From positions 3,679-67,678 of the forward strand of contig CAYUMP010000016.1 in NCBI GenBank assembly GCA_964445975.1: 64,000 nt of DNA, in the 5' to 3' direction. The notes under the pieces were generated by a model. That model did not search any database, had not been told where the DNA came from, and worked only from the letters and a program-made list of their open reading frames with translations. Shown here in pieces: positions 38,569 to 50,044 of this stretch. The translations under genes and the position numbers were made by a program. Numbering within the stretch: the first letter of the stretch is position 1; every line of letters begins with the position of its first letter. This DNA is from an uncultured Chthoniobacterales bacterium. Lineage in GTDB: Bacteria > Verrucomicrobiota > Verrucomicrobiia > Chthoniobacterales > Terrimicrobiaceae.

Positions 38569-39216
38569 ATGAGCTTCTTCGAACCCGCCCCGCCCCTGCG
38601 GGCAAAAATCTGCGGTGTCACCAATCTGACGGATGCAGAAATCGTGGTGGCCGCCGGCGCGGATGCCGTAGGCTTCAACTTCTTTCCCGGCTCAAAGCGC
38701 TACATTGCCGCCAAGGACAGTTTCTCTTGGATATCCTCTCTCAAGGGAAAGGTGCAGCGCATCGCCGTGGTGGTGAATCCCACCGCCGACGAGGTGGCGG
38801 AGCTGCTGGATTCCGCATGTTTCGACGCCATTCAATTTCATGGTGATGAAACCCCGGAATTCTGCGCGAAGTCTGGTTTTACGCGGTGGATTCGTGCCGT
38901 GCGGATCAAGGACGATCATGCGTTCGAGGAGGCGCTGACCTACGACACACCGTATCTATTACTCGACGCTTTCCGCCCGGATGCCTATGGCGGCACCGGC
39001 CATCGGCTGAACTGGGACATCGCGCGCGATTTTGTCATTGCGAACCCGGATCGCAAAATCACATTGGCAGGTGGGTTGACCCCGCACAACGTGCGCGATG
39101 CCGTGCGCATTGTGCGCCCCCATGCCGTGGATGTGGCCAGCGGAGTCGAGATGGAAGCGCGGCGCAAAGACGAGTATCTCGTCCGGGAATTTATCAGGGT
39201 GGCACGTACGGCCTGA
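38569..39216 (+). CDS. trpF: phosphoribosylanthranilate isomerase
   Basis: Patterns KICGVTNLTDAEIVVAAGADAVGFNFFPGSKRYI, LLDAFRPDAYGGTG, LAGGLTPHNV. The ATG immediately follows the Anbu stop. Confidence 0.9.
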   Translation: MSFFEPAPPLRAKICGVTNLTDAEIVVAAGADAVGFNFFPGSKRYIAAKDSFSWISSLKGKVQRIAVVVNPTADEVAELLDSACFDAIQFHGDETPEFCAKSGFTRWIRAVRIKDDHAFEEALTYDTPYLLLDAFRPDAYGGTGHRLNWDIARDFVIANPDRKITLAGGLTPHNVRDAVRIVRPHAVDVASGVEMEARRKDEYLVREFIRVARTA

Positions 39217-39239
39217 GCGGCATATCCGCTTCAAGCTGA

Positions 39240-40388
<1,149 letters not shown>

Positions 40389-40533
40389 GAAACAGAGGCG
40401 GCGAAAGTTGCGCATTCTGAGTTTCTTACCTTGACGCGGCCCCAACTGCGCCCCAATTTCCCGGTTTTGAGTCGGTACCGCGCCCAGGCGACGAAGGCGC
40501 GCACCGCCCGCAACCTACAACTTACATATACCC

Positions 40534-41577
40534 ATGTTTGACAACGTCTTAGGATTTTTCTCAAACGACATCGGTATCGATCTCGGCACGGCCAATACCC
40601 TTGTTTACGTCAAGGATCACGGCATCGTCCTGCGCGAACCTTCTGTCGTAGCCGTTCAACAAGGCACCAAAAAGGTGCTCGCTGTTGGCGATGAGGCCAA
40701 GCGCATGCTCGGCCGCACTCCCGGCAATATCGTAGCCATCCGTCCGCTTAAGGACGGCGTCATCGCCGACTTTGAAGTCACCGAAGCGATGCTGCGCCAC
40801 TTCATCAGCAAGGTGCATAACCGCCGCCGCATGGTTCGCCCTCGGGTGGTGATCGCGGTGCCCAGCGGCATCACGGAAGTCGAAAAACGCGCCGTGAAAG
40901 ACTCCGCCACCCACGCGGGAGCGCGCGAAGTGTATCTGATCGAGGAACCGATGGCCGCAGCCATTGGCGTAGGCCTGCCGGTGCAGGACGCTGCGGGCAA
41001 CATGATCATCGATATCGGCGGTGGCACCACGGAAGTGGCGCTCATCTCGCTTTCCGGCATTGTTTTCAGCCGCAGCGTGCGCGTGGCCGGCGACGAACTC
41101 GACGAATCCCTCATCAACTACATGAAGCGCGCCTACAACCTGATGGTAGGCGAGCGGACGGCCGAGGAGATCAAGATCAAGATCGGCTCCGCCTACAAGA
41201 TGGAAAAAGAAACCACCATGGAGGTCAAGGGACGCGACCTCGTGGCAGGTTTGCCCAAGACCATCACCATTTCTTCGCAGGAGGTGCGCGAGGCCTTGTT
41301 GGAGCCCGTCTCCACCATCGTGGACTCGGTGCGCATCACCTTGGAACGCTGCCCGCCCGAACTTTCCGCGGATCTCGTGGATCGCGGCCTGGTGCTGGCC
41401 GGTGGAGGCGCGCTGCTCCGCGGCCTCGATAAACTGTTGCAAGAGGAAACCGGCCTGCCGGTGCACGTGGCAGAGGACCCGCTCAGCGCGGTGGCCGAAG
41501 GCACGGGCAAGGCTTTGCAGGAGTTAAAATTCCTCAAGGCCGTCGCCTCCAACGACCGCAACTCCACCACCATCTGA
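40534..41577 (+). CDS. mreB: rod shape-determining protein MreB
   Basis: Patterns [45 protein letters not shown]. Confidence 0.96.
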   Translation: MFDNVLGFFSNDIGIDLGTANTLVYVKDHGIVLREPSVVAVQQGTKKVLAVGDEAKRMLGRTPGNIVAIRPLKDGVIADFEVTEAMLRHFISKVHNRRRMVRPRVVIAVPSGITEVEKRAVKDSATHAGAREVYLIEEPMAAAIGVGLPVQDAAGNMIIDIGGGTTEVALISLSGIVFSRSVRVAGDELDESLINYMKRAYNLMVGERTAEEIKIKIGSAYKMEKETTMEVKGRDLVAGLPKTITISSQEVREALLEPVSTIVDSVRITLERCPPELSADLVDRGLVLAGGGALLRGLDKLLQEETGLPVHVAEDPLSAVAEGTGKALQELKFLKAVASNDRNSTTI

Positions 41578-41609
41578 GAAACCAGCCTGGCGGATAATCC
41601 AAGGATCCG

Positions 41610-42419
41610 ATGAGCCGGCTAAACATCATCCTCGTCGTCGTCATCCTGGCGGTGGCCGTGCTGATTTCCTCCCTCGGCTCCGGCACCATGCAGAAATTGC
41701 AGGCGGGCTTCCTCGGCCTCGTCTCGCCGTTCCTCAAAACCGGATCAGCCGTACAGGAGCAAATCGGTGGCATCGGCCAGGGCTTGAAAACGCTCGAGCA
41801 GATCGAGGAGGAAAATCGCAAGCTCACCACGGAGAACAAGGAACTGCGCGCCACAAACCAGATCCTCCGTGACATCGAGATGGAGAATAACAAGCTCCGC
41901 ATGGCGCTGGACTACCGCAATCGCTCAGTTTTCAAACTCATCCCGGCGCGGGTCATTTCGCGCGACGCTTCAACTTGGTGGAATACGATCCGCATTAACC
42001 GCGGCTTTGAAGACGGACTGGATTCCGACCAGCCTGTGCTGACGGATCAGGGCTTGGTCGGCAAGACCACGACCGTAGGTAAAAATGAAGCCATCGTGCT
42101 GCTGATCACGGACGAAAACTGCCGGGTGGCAGCCAAGGTGGAGGGCTCCCGGGAACAGGGCATTCTGAGCGGCCTGCGCATCCAGAGCTCCACCACCCCC
42201 GGCGAAATGCAACTGAACTTTCTTTCCAAGACCGCGGATCTGCAACCCGGTCAGAAAATCTACACGGCCGGCGTGAGTGGAGGGGTATTTCCCTCCGGCA
42301 TAGCTCTGGGAACCGTGAAAAATTTCAAAGCACGTCCCCTGGACGGGCAGGCCATTGTCGAACCCGCGCAAGACCTGTCCTCCGTTGAGGATGTCTTTGT
42401 GGTGGTGGGGGCAAAATGA
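41610..42419 (+). CDS. mreC: rod shape-determining protein MreC
   Basis: N-terminal TM segment, coiled coil (LEQIEEENRKLTTENKELR), then a beta-barrel region. Position after mreB. Confidence 0.88.
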   Translation: MSRLNIILVVVILAVAVLISSLGSGTMQKLQAGFLGLVSPFLKTGSAVQEQIGGIGQGLKTLEQIEEENRKLTTENKELRATNQILRDIEMENNKLRMALDYRNRSVFKLIPARVISRDASTWWNTIRINRGFEDGLDSDQPVLTDQGLVGKTTTVGKNEAIVLLITDENCRVAAKVEGSREQGILSGLRIQSSTTPGEMQLNFLSKTADLQPGQKIYTAGVSGGVFPSGIALGTVKNFKARPLDGQAIVEPAQDLSSVEDVFVVVGAK

Positions 42420-42970
42420 AGCTCGCGATCGGCTGGCTGGCTTTGGCATTGGCGATCTTCGCCGCGCTGATCATGCAGGAGTTCATTCCCCGGCTGGATG
42501 GCCTGAACGGCGCAAGAGTACTCCTGGTGCCGATGTTGTTCTTTTACGGCGCCCTGACCATGCCTGTCTGGGCCATGCTGCTCCTCGCGGTCTACTCCGG
42601 CTTGGTGATGGACCTGATGAGCCTCCAGATCATCAGTGGACAGGTTGAAATAGCGCTGGGCTGGTCTATCGTTTACTTTGTGATTTTCGGCCTGCTCGCT
42701 CATGGCTTCCATCCCGCCTTTCAACGTGGGCACTGGTGGTTGCACACGCTGATCGCCGCCGTTGGCACGTCGCTCTATCTGGCCCTGCAATACGCCATGA
42801 TCTCCTTTCGCCGCGAGGGCTTCGTCTTCAACGAACTGGTGGTCTGGCGCATCCTGGCACCGGGCCTTATTGCCGCCCTTTTCGCTCCGCTCGTCCACCT
42901 CATTGCCGTACAAGCGGGCCACCTAATTCCAGGCCTTTCATCTTCGCGGAGGTATCGACTCGAACGATGA
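42416..42970 (+). CDS. mreD: rod shape-determining protein MreD
   Basis: Polytopic, 184 aa. 4-nt overlaps with both mreC and mrdA. Confidence 0.75.
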   Translation: MKLAIGWLALALAIFAALIMQEFIPRLDGLNGARVLLVPMLFFYGALTMPVWAMLLLAVYSGLVMDLMSLQIISGQVEIALGWSIVYFVIFGLLAHGFHPAFQRGHWWLHTLIAAVGTSLYLALQYAMISFRREGFVFNELVVWRILAPGLIAALFAPLVHLIAVQAGHLIPGLSSSRRYRLER

Positions 42971-45180
42971 GACGCGGACAACCAGCTTTTCGCATCCTCT
43001 TCATCGCCGCACTGATGCTGCTGGCGCTGGCCGGCATCACCTTCCGGCTGTGGTACGTGCAAATCGCCCGGGGAGCGGAATATACGGCCAAGATCGCCTC
43101 GGGTTCGCGGGTGACCGTGCGCATCCCGGCCGTGCGAGGTGAGATCGTCGACCGCAATGGCATCCCTTTGGTCCAGAATCGGTCGAGCTTTGACGTGGAT
43201 TTTTATCTGCCCGACATGGTGCGCTCCTATCGCGAAAGCAAGGGCAGCGTTCCTTCCGTCACTTATCGCGGCACTGTTCACAACATGCCCAAGGATATGA
43301 AGGAGGCTGACGTGAAGCAAATCGTAAGGGAGGAGATCATTCCCCGCCTTACGCAGCTTGGAGTGGCGCAGGATTACAACTCGGAGCGCCTGCAAATCCA
43401 CTACCGCAACAATCGCGAGGTGCCGTTCAACTACATGCAGGATTTGAACTTCGATACCATGGCGGTTCTTTCCGAGCGCAACCTCGGCCTGCCGGGTGTC
43501 AACGTCACAAAAAAGCCGATTCGCAGCTATACCTACGGCGCGCTGGGGGCGCACTTCCTCGGCTACGTGGGCATGCCCAATGACCTGAGCAAGCTCGGTG
43601 ACATCAACAAGTTCAATTTCTACGACCCGGATATGGAAGGAAAAGCCCAGATCGAGCTTTTCATGAACGAATACCTCAAGGGCACCCCGGGAGTTCGCAT
43701 CCTGCAGCGCAATGCCAAGGGCGTGATCGAAGGCGAAGTGAGCGTCACCGAGCCCAAACAGGGCGCGAATGTCTACCTCACCATCGATGCCCGCATCCAA
43801 TACATCGCGGAAAAAGCCCTCCGTGCCGTCGGCCGCGGCGCCGCCGTGGTGGTGGACCCCAATAACGGCGACATCCTCGCGATGGCTTCCGTTCCCTCCT
43901 ACGATCCGAACAAGTTCATCCCCGCCATCGCGGCCAAGGATTGGACGGCCTTGAACAAGGATGAAACCAACCCCCTGCTCAATCGCGCCATCAGCGCGTA
44001 TGCGCCGGGATCGACCTACAAGATTCCCATCGGCCTCGCCGGATTGCGGGCTGGCGTGGGTGACCGAGCCTTCAACTGCTCCGGCGGCGTGACTTACGGC
44101 AACAAATTCATGAAATGCTGGATCGCCGACAAACATGGCTCCCACGGTTCACTGACACTGGCCAATGCCTTGAAGGTCTCCTGCAACGCATTCTTCTATC
44201 AATACGGCAACGCGGCCGGCATCGACCAGATCGTGGCTACCGGCAACATGCTCGGTCTCGGCCAAAAATCGGGGATTCCCCTCTCCGGCGAGGCGCCAGG
44301 CATCCTGCCCGGGCCGGAATATCTGGCTCAGATCAGCCCCAACGAACGCTGGAGCAGCGGTTACACGGCAAATACCTCGATCGGGCAAGGCATGGTGCTG
44401 GCCACGCCCCTGCAAATGGCCATCATCGGAGCTACCGTAGCCAACGGGGGCACCTGCTACTATCCCCGCCTGATCGACAAGGTGGTCTCGCAAGACGGAA
44501 CAGTGCTCCTGCAGGAGCCGGCCAAGGTCCGCGCCAACCTCATCACCGATGGTGGCATGACCGCCGAGCAAATCGAGAAAGTCCGCCTGGGCATGAACAA
44601 GGTCGTCAACGAAGGCGGCGGCACAGCTGGCAAGGCCCGCATCAAGGACATCACCGTGGCGGGCAAGACCGGCACAGCCCAGTTCTGGCGTTCCGGCGTG
44701 AAAGACAACCACACTTGGTTCGTCGCGTTCGCCCCGTACGAAAATCCCAAATACGCCGTCTGCGTGATCGTGCAGGGCGCCAAGTCCGGCGGCGGCGTTT
44801 CCGCACCCATCGCTGCCAAGATTCTCGAAGACACCTTCGCCCTCGATAAACCACCGGCAGAAGGCGAAGAAAAGAAACCTTACGAACTGGCCTGGCTTGA
44901 TCCTGCCCCCGGCAACTTCTCCTTCGTCGACAGCGTCGACTTCAACCGCGACATCCCGGCCGCAACTACCATCGCGGCCGATGAGGAAACCGGCGGAGCC
45001 GACGCCGCCCAGGGTTCCCAGGAAAATACCCCGGCCGCTCCGAATGTACGGGCCGATGCCGACGAAGGCGGCCGCATCAAGAACAAGGAACGCAAGCCCA
45101 CCGCGCTTGATAAGTTCTTCAATATTTTCAAAGGCGGTAACAAGGAAAAGAAAAGCAAACCTGCTTCCGGACGCCGATGA
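42967..45180 (+). CDS. mrdA: penicillin-binding protein 2 (elongasome transpeptidase)
   Basis: Track ORF starts at 42736 inside mreD. Trimmed to ATG 42967 (MRRGQPAFRILFIAALMLLALAG), which forms an ATGA overlap. Motifs: SxxK as PGSTYK, SxN as SCN, KTGTA. Low-complexity C-terminal tail of about 120 aa. Confidence 0.92.
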   Translation: MRRGQPAFRILFIAALMLLALAGITFRLWYVQIARGAEYTAKIASGSRVTVRIPAVRGEIVDRNGIPLVQNRSSFDVDFYLPDMVRSYRESKGSVPSVTYRGTVHNMPKDMKEADVKQIVREEIIPRLTQLGVAQDYNSERLQIHYRNNREVPFNYMQDLNFDTMAVLSERNLGLPGVNVTKKPIRSYTYGALGAHFLGYVGMPNDLSKLGDINKFNFYDPDMEGKAQIELFMNEYLKGTPGVRILQRNAKGVIEGEVSVTEPKQGANVYLTIDARIQYIAEKALRAVGRGAAVVVDPNNGDILAMASVPSYDPNKFIPAIAAKDWTALNKDETNPLLNRAISAYAPGSTYKIPIGLAGLRAGVGDRAFNCSGGVTYGNKFMKCWIADKHGSHGSLTLANALKVSCNAFFYQYGNAAGIDQIVATGNMLGLGQKSGIPLSGEAPGILPGPEYLAQISPNERWSSGYTANTSIGQGMVLATPLQMAIIGATVANGGTCYYPRLIDKVVSQDGTVLLQEPAKVRANLITDGGMTAEQIEKVRLGMNKVVNEGGGTAGKARIKDITVAGKTGTAQFWRSGVKDNHTWFVAFAPYENPKYAVCVIVQGAKSGGGVSAPIAAKILEDTFALDKPPAEGEEKKPYELAWLDPAPGNFSFVDSVDFNRDIPAATTIAADEETGGADAAQGSQENTPAAPNVRADADEGGRIKNKERKPTALDKFFNIFKGGNKEKKSKPASGRR

Positions 45181-45237
45181 ACGCACTCATCCTCAACCCA
45201 ATTTTCTCCCCACTCGGGAGTCAACCCTCACTACTTC

Positions 45238-46818
45238 ATGATCGAAACTGTCAAAAAAATTCTTGGCCTGGGCAAAAAGAGCACAGGCATCAAACTCGTC
45301 GTCAGTTGCGAGCGCCTGGAAAAGCGCGTCGCACTGCTGGAGAATAACCGGCTCGAAGAATACACCATCGAGCGCGATTCCGACCGCAACATTGTCGGAG
45401 CCATCTTCAAGGGCAAGGTCCGGAACATCGAATCCGGCATCAAGGCTATGTTCGTCGACATCGGTTTTGAGAAAAACGCCTTTCTCCAATTCTGGGACGC
45501 CATCCCGGCCGCTCTCGACAGCGGCATCGAAGCCGTCACCCGCGAAGGTTCAAAGAAAAAAGCCCCGCCGAAGATCAGCCACAAGGACGTGCCGAAAATC
45601 TACCCGATCGGCTCGGACATTCTCGTCCAGGTCAAAAAGGGGCCGATCGGCACCAAGGGCCCGCGCATCACGACGGACATCAGCATGGCCGGCCGTTACC
45701 TCGTACTGATGCCTTACAACGAACAGTGCGGTATCTCCCGTAAGATCGATGATCCGAAGGAACGCGACCGTCTGCGCAAGATTCTCCGCGAGCTCGAAGT
45801 CCCGGAAGGCATGGGTGTCATCATCCGTACGGTCGGACAGGGCCAGCGGGCCCGCTATTTTGTCCGGGATCTGAGCATCCTCGTGGAGCAATGGACGGAT
45901 ATCCAGAAGGGCATGGAGGAAAGACCCGCCCCCGCCTGTCTTTTCCAGGAGCCTGACCTCATCGACCGCACCGTGCGCGACTTCCTCACCGACGAGGTCG
46001 ACGCTATTATCATTGATGACGCCAAGGCCTGCGAACGCATGCAGAACTTGGTAGGCCAGATTTCCTCCCGCGCCAAGAAACGCATCCAGCATTACACCGG
46101 CGCCCAACCCGTCTTTGATTGCTTCGGCGTGCAGTCCCAGATCGACGCCGCCTTCCATCGCCAGGTCTGGCTGCCGTGTGGCGGCTACATCGTGATCGAC
46201 GAAACCGAAGCGCTTATCGCCGTGGACGTGAATACCGGCCGCAATAAGGGTTCGAAGGACAACATGGAGAAAACCATTCTCCAGACCAACCTTGAGGCCG
46301 CAGATGAAATCTGCCGCCAGATGCGGCTGCGCAATACCGGCGGCATCATCATCGCGGACTTCATCGACATGAAGCACCGCAAGGACCAGCAAGCCGTCTA
46401 TCAGCGGGTGAAAGATCGCCTCAAACGTGACAAAGCCCGCACCCATGTGCTGCCCATCTCACAGCTCGGCCTCATGGAAATGACGCGGCAACGCGCCGCC
46501 GAGAGCCTGGCCAGCACCCAATTTGTTCCCTGCCCTCATTGCAACGGCAAAGGCATGGTCAAGAGCCCGATGACCATGAGCGTGGAGCTCCAGCGTGCGC
46601 TGCACTCCGTCATGCGCAAGCATCAGGACACCGTCCATGAAATCAAGGTGGTCGTCAGTCCCGACCTCCTGACCCGTCTGCGCAATGAAGACGAAGAGCA
46701 TCTGGTCGAGATCGAGCGTCGCTATGCCGGCCGATTGAGCTTCCGCTCCGACCCGACCTTCCATCAGGAAAAATTCCTGATCATCAACGCGCTGAATAAC
46801 GACGAACTGCGGCCTTAA
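45238..46818 (+). CDS. rng: Rne/Rng-family ribonuclease (RNase G-like)
   Basis: S1 domain NIVGAIFKGKVRNIESGIKAMFVDIG. Catalytic region GGYIVIDETEALIAVDVNTG, GGIIIADFIDM. 526 aa. Confidence 0.9.
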   Translation: MIETVKKILGLGKKSTGIKLVVSCERLEKRVALLENNRLEEYTIERDSDRNIVGAIFKGKVRNIESGIKAMFVDIGFEKNAFLQFWDAIPAALDSGIEAVTREGSKKKAPPKISHKDVPKIYPIGSDILVQVKKGPIGTKGPRITTDISMAGRYLVLMPYNEQCGISRKIDDPKERDRLRKILRELEVPEGMGVIIRTVGQGQRARYFVRDLSILVEQWTDIQKGMEERPAPACLFQEPDLIDRTVRDFLTDEVDAIIIDDAKACERMQNLVGQISSRAKKRIQHYTGAQPVFDCFGVQSQIDAAFHRQVWLPCGGYIVIDETEALIAVDVNTGRNKGSKDNMEKTILQTNLEAADEICRQMRLRNTGGIIIADFIDMKHRKDQQAVYQRVKDRLKRDKARTHVLPISQLGLMEMTRQRAAESLASTQFVPCPHCNGKGMVKSPMTMSVELQRALHSVMRKHQDTVHEIKVVVSPDLLTRLRNEDEEHLVEIERRYAGRLSFRSDPTFHQEKFLIINALNNDELRP

Positions 46819-47120
46819 GCCTCCAGCGTCCGCAGGTAGGCATAGGTGAAGATGCCGGTTTTATGGCCATCCGCCCAGCGAGGTTGGAGGCCATAACCGC
46901 CGACAATATCCCACCCGATAAGGTCGAAGCTTTCTGGAGTGTATTTGACCTCAGGGCGCACGACCTGGCTGGTGACATCCGGCTCACCCCCGCATGTCGC
47001 GCAAGGACAGGCCCGCCGGAGAGGCTCCAAAGGCACGTAACTTTCCCGGCCATCCGACCAGGCAATGGCTAGTTCTTGGCCGATTTTTTGGACGGATGTG
47101 GGTGAAAAATGGGCGTTCAT
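46815..47120 (-). CDS. DUF971-domain protein
   Basis: Sequence LAIAWSDGRESYVPLEPLRRACPCATCGGE matches the recalled DUF971 pattern. 101 aa. Confidence 0.7.
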   Translation of the reverse strand: MNAHFSPTSVQKIGQELAIAWSDGRESYVPLEPLRRACPCATCGGEPDVTSQVVRPEVKYTPESFDLIGWDIVGGYGLQPRWADGHKTGIFTYAYLRTLEA

Positions 47121-47176
47121 GAGAAAAATATTTGTTGCGCGAAGGTAATAACTACCTGTTTAGTGGATGTTTTTCG

Positions 47177-48013
47177 ATGGACCATCTCGACGAACTGGAA
47201 GCGCAAAGCGTTTATATCATGCGGGAAGCTTATCACAGCTTTTCCAATCTTTGCATGCCTTGGAGCATGGGCAAGGATTCAAACGTACTTATCTGGCTGT
47301 CCAAAAAGGCTTTCTGCGGAAAAATCCCCTACCCGGTACTCCACATTGATACCACTTATGAGTTTCCGGAAATGCTGGAATTCCGCGATTGGGCCCAGAA
47401 AGAATACGATCTGGATCTGATCGTAAAGATCAACGAAGACGCCCGGGCTGGTCGCGGCGTATACACTTCCTCGGTCGGGTATGAAACTCACGATCCGGTC
47501 ACTGTGACCCACGAATTGAAGACGGTGGCCCTCCAACAAGTGATGGCCGAACGCAAGTTCGACGCCCTCATTACCGGCATCCGTCGCGACGAGGACCCCA
47601 CCCGGGCCAAGGAACGCTATTTCTCGCCTCGCAACGCTGACTTTGAATGGGACTACAAGGACCAGCCGCCAGAGTTCTGGAATCAATTCACCACCGCGCT
47701 CGAGCCCGGCGAGCACATCCGCGTGCAGCCGCTGCTCGACTGGACTGAGGTGGACATCTGGCGCTACATCGAGCGCGAGCAGATTCCCATTCCTCAGATG
47801 TATTTTGCCCGTCCCGGAGAGGACGGAAAGTCCTACCGTTTCCGGTCGCTGGGCTGCTGGCCCATCACCAAACCGGTGGAAAGCAAAGCCGCCAATATCT
47901 CCGAAATCATCTCCGAATTGATGGTGACCAAGACCAGCGAACGCGCCGGCCGAGCCCAGGATCACCACGAGCGCAATGCCATGCAAAAGCTGCGCGCCAA
48001 AGGGTTCATGTAA
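47177..48013 (+). CDS. cysD: sulfate adenylyltransferase subunit 2
   Basis: Trimmed to ATG 47177 (MDHLDELEAQSVYIMREAY), which aligns with the recalled CysD N-terminus. PP-loop SMGKDSNVL. Confidence 0.92.
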   Translation: MDHLDELEAQSVYIMREAYHSFSNLCMPWSMGKDSNVLIWLSKKAFCGKIPYPVLHIDTTYEFPEMLEFRDWAQKEYDLDLIVKINEDARAGRGVYTSSVGYETHDPVTVTHELKTVALQQVMAERKFDALITGIRRDEDPTRAKERYFSPRNADFEWDYKDQPPEFWNQFTTALEPGEHIRVQPLLDWTEVDIWRYIEREQIPIPQMYFARPGEDGKSYRFRSLGCWPITKPVESKAANISEIISELMVTKTSERAGRAQDHHERNAMQKLRAKGFM

Positions 48014-48025
48014 GAAAGGTTTTTA

Positions 48026-49984
48026 ATGAGTGCTGTTCTCGCGGAGCCCGCTCCGTCTATCACCGTCAATAATTTTCCGGCCGCCAAACTGCGGATCGTC
48101 ATCGTCGGCCACGTCGACCATGGCAAATCCACGCTGATTGGCCGCTTGTTTCACGACACCAACTCGCTGCCGGAAGGCAAGGTCGAGCAAATCCGCAAGG
48201 CCAGCGAGGCCGAGGGGATGGAGTTCGAATTCGCCTTCCTGCTCGACGCCTTGCTGGAGGAACAGGCCCAAAACATCACGATCGATACCACGCAGTTGCC
48301 GTTCCGCACGGAAAAGCGCGAATACGTCATCATCGATGCTCCGGGCCATAAGGAATTTCTGAAAAACATGGTCACTGGCGCAGCCAGTGCCGACGCCGCC
48401 ATTCTGCTCATCGACGCCAACGAGGGCATCCAGGAGCAATCCAAGCGCCACGCGTATCTGCTCTCCCTGCTCGGCATCCGCCAGATCGTGGTGGCGGTGA
48501 ACAAGATGGATCTGGTGGGTTACCGCCAGGAGCGTTTCGATAAGGTCCAGGCCGACTACACTGAGTTTCTCGGCAAGCTTGGCATCGTACCACAGCACTT
48601 CGTCCCGATGTCGGCCAAGCTGGGTCTGAACATCACCAAAGCCAGCCCGGAACTGGCCTGGCACAAGGGGCCGGCCATCCTGGAAGCGCTGGAGGGGTTT
48701 GAAATCGCCGCGCCGCCGGACAATCAGCCCCTGCGTTTCGTTTTGCAGGACATCTATCGCTTCGATGAGCGGCGCATTCTGGCCGGACGCATCGAGACCG
48801 GAAAACTCAAGGTCGGCGAAGAGATCGTCTTCTGGCCCGATGGGAAGAGCAGCAAGATCAAATCCATCGAGGAATGGAATGCCAGGACCGCTCCCACCGA
48901 AGCTCATGTCGGCGAGTCGGTGGCCATCACCCTCGAGGAACAGATTTTCGTGGAGCGCGGCGACGTGGGTGGCCCGCCCGACCATGGGCCGGCCGAAGGG
49001 CGTGAAATCCATGCGAGCCTTTTCTGGCTCCAGAACGATCCCCTGCCCCTGAACGTGCCATTTACCCTTAAACTGGGCACCCAAAGCGTGGAAGCACGCC
49101 TGGTGGAGATTTCCCGGGTGCTGGATTCCTCCACCTTGGAGCCCCTGGCCGGATCGCCTGCCATCATCCACAAGAACGAGGTGGCCGACGTGCGCATCCG
49201 CGCTCGCAAGCCCATCGCCTTCGACCGACACGACCGGATCAATGAGACCGGCCGTTTTGTCATCGTCACCGGCAAACGCATCGGCGGCGGCGGCATCGTG
49301 CGCGAGGCCGAATATCAGGACGAAAAACGCCTCATTGGCGCCAATGAAAACCTGACGTGGACGGTAAGCCCTGTCACCCCGGAACTGCGCGCCGAACATT
49401 TTGGCCATCGCGGAGCCGTCGTCTGGCTGACCGGCCTCTCCGGCTCGGGTAAATCCACTCTGGCCATGGGCCTGGATTTTCAGCTCCATCGCCGCGGTAT
49501 TTCCAGCTACATCCTCGACGGCGACAACCTGCGCCACGGCTTGTGCTCGAATCTCGGCTTTTCGGCTGAGGATCGCTCGGAAAATATCCGGCGCGCCGGT
49601 GAAACGGCCAAACTCATGGCGGAAGCCGGACTGGTTGTGATCTGCTCGCTGATTTCACCTTTTCAGGCCGACCGCGAAAACGTGCGCAAGATTTGCCAGC
49701 GCGACGGTATTCCCTTCGCCGAGGTCTTTATCAATGCGCCCCTGGAGGTCTGCGAAGACCGCGATCCCCGCGGGCTCTACAAGAAGGCCCGGGCGGGTGA
49801 GATCAAGGAATTCACCGGCATCACCTCACCTTATGAAGCGCCGAAGGCCCCTGAACTGGAACTGCGCACAAGCGAACATTCCCTGGAGACGACTTTGAGC
49901 GACCTGATGAATTTCACGGTCGAAATCTCACGCATTCCCGAGCCGAGAGTGGCCGAGGAACTGGCTCGCGGTTCCGGCATTTAG
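48026..49984 (+). CDS. cysNC: bifunctional sulfate adenylyltransferase subunit 1 / adenylylsulfate kinase
   Basis: N-terminal GTPase: [24 protein letters not shown]-terminal APS kinase P-loop: [14 protein letters not shown]. Confidence 0.93.
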   Translation: MSAVLAEPAPSITVNNFPAAKLRIVIVGHVDHGKSTLIGRLFHDTNSLPEGKVEQIRKASEAEGMEFEFAFLLDALLEEQAQNITIDTTQLPFRTEKREYVIIDAPGHKEFLKNMVTGAASADAAILLIDANEGIQEQSKRHAYLLSLLGIRQIVVAVNKMDLVGYRQERFDKVQADYTEFLGKLGIVPQHFVPMSAKLGLNITKASPELAWHKGPAILEALEGFEIAAPPDNQPLRFVLQDIYRFDERRILAGRIETGKLKVGEEIVFWPDGKSSKIKSIEEWNARTAPTEAHVGESVAITLEEQIFVERGDVGGPPDHGPAEGREIHASLFWLQNDPLPLNVPFTLKLGTQSVEARLVEISRVLDSSTLEPLAGSPAIIHKNEVADVRIRARKPIAFDRHDRINETGRFVIVTGKRIGGGGIVREAEYQDEKRLIGANENLTWTVSPVTPELRAEHFGHRGAVVWLTGLSGSGKSTLAMGLDFQLHRRGISSYILDGDNLRHGLCSNLGFSAEDRSENIRRAGETAKLMAEAGLVVICSLISPFQADRENVRKICQRDGIPFAEVFINAPLEVCEDRDPRGLYKKARAGEIKEFTGITSPYEAPKAPELELRTSEHSLETTLSDLMNFTVEISRIPEPRVAEELARGSGI

Positions 49985-50044
49985 TCCTTCCGGCTTACAG
50001 AGAACGGGAAGCCGTCCTTTGATTTTGCCTCTGGTTGGTGTTCC

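Noticed and set aside
40389-40533. Sigma70-like promoter for mreB (TTGACG at 40432-40437)
   Set aside because: No acceptable -10 hexamer lies at 16-18 nt spacing, and the promoter consensus for this lineage is unknown to me.
40561-41466. 301-aa minus-strand ORF
   Set aside because: It lies antisense to mreB.
42736-42966. 5' extension of the mrdA ORF (track start 42736), and similarly 54739-54948 for uvrD, 54287-54364 for purN and 47132-47176 for cysD
   Set aside because: The extensions run inside the preceding genes or lack homology to family N-termini. Internal ATGs give canonical N-termini and ATGA-type junctions.
42775-45186. Two long minus-strand ORFs (456 aa and 345 aa)
   Set aside because: Both lie antisense to mrdA, whose SxxK/SxN/KTG motifs are on the plus strand. 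Neither has a recognisable domain.
48023-49537. 504-aa minus-strand ORF
   Set aside because: It mirrors the cysNC gene, whose plus strand carries GHVDHGKST and APS-kinase P-loop motifs. The antisense translation is low-complexity.
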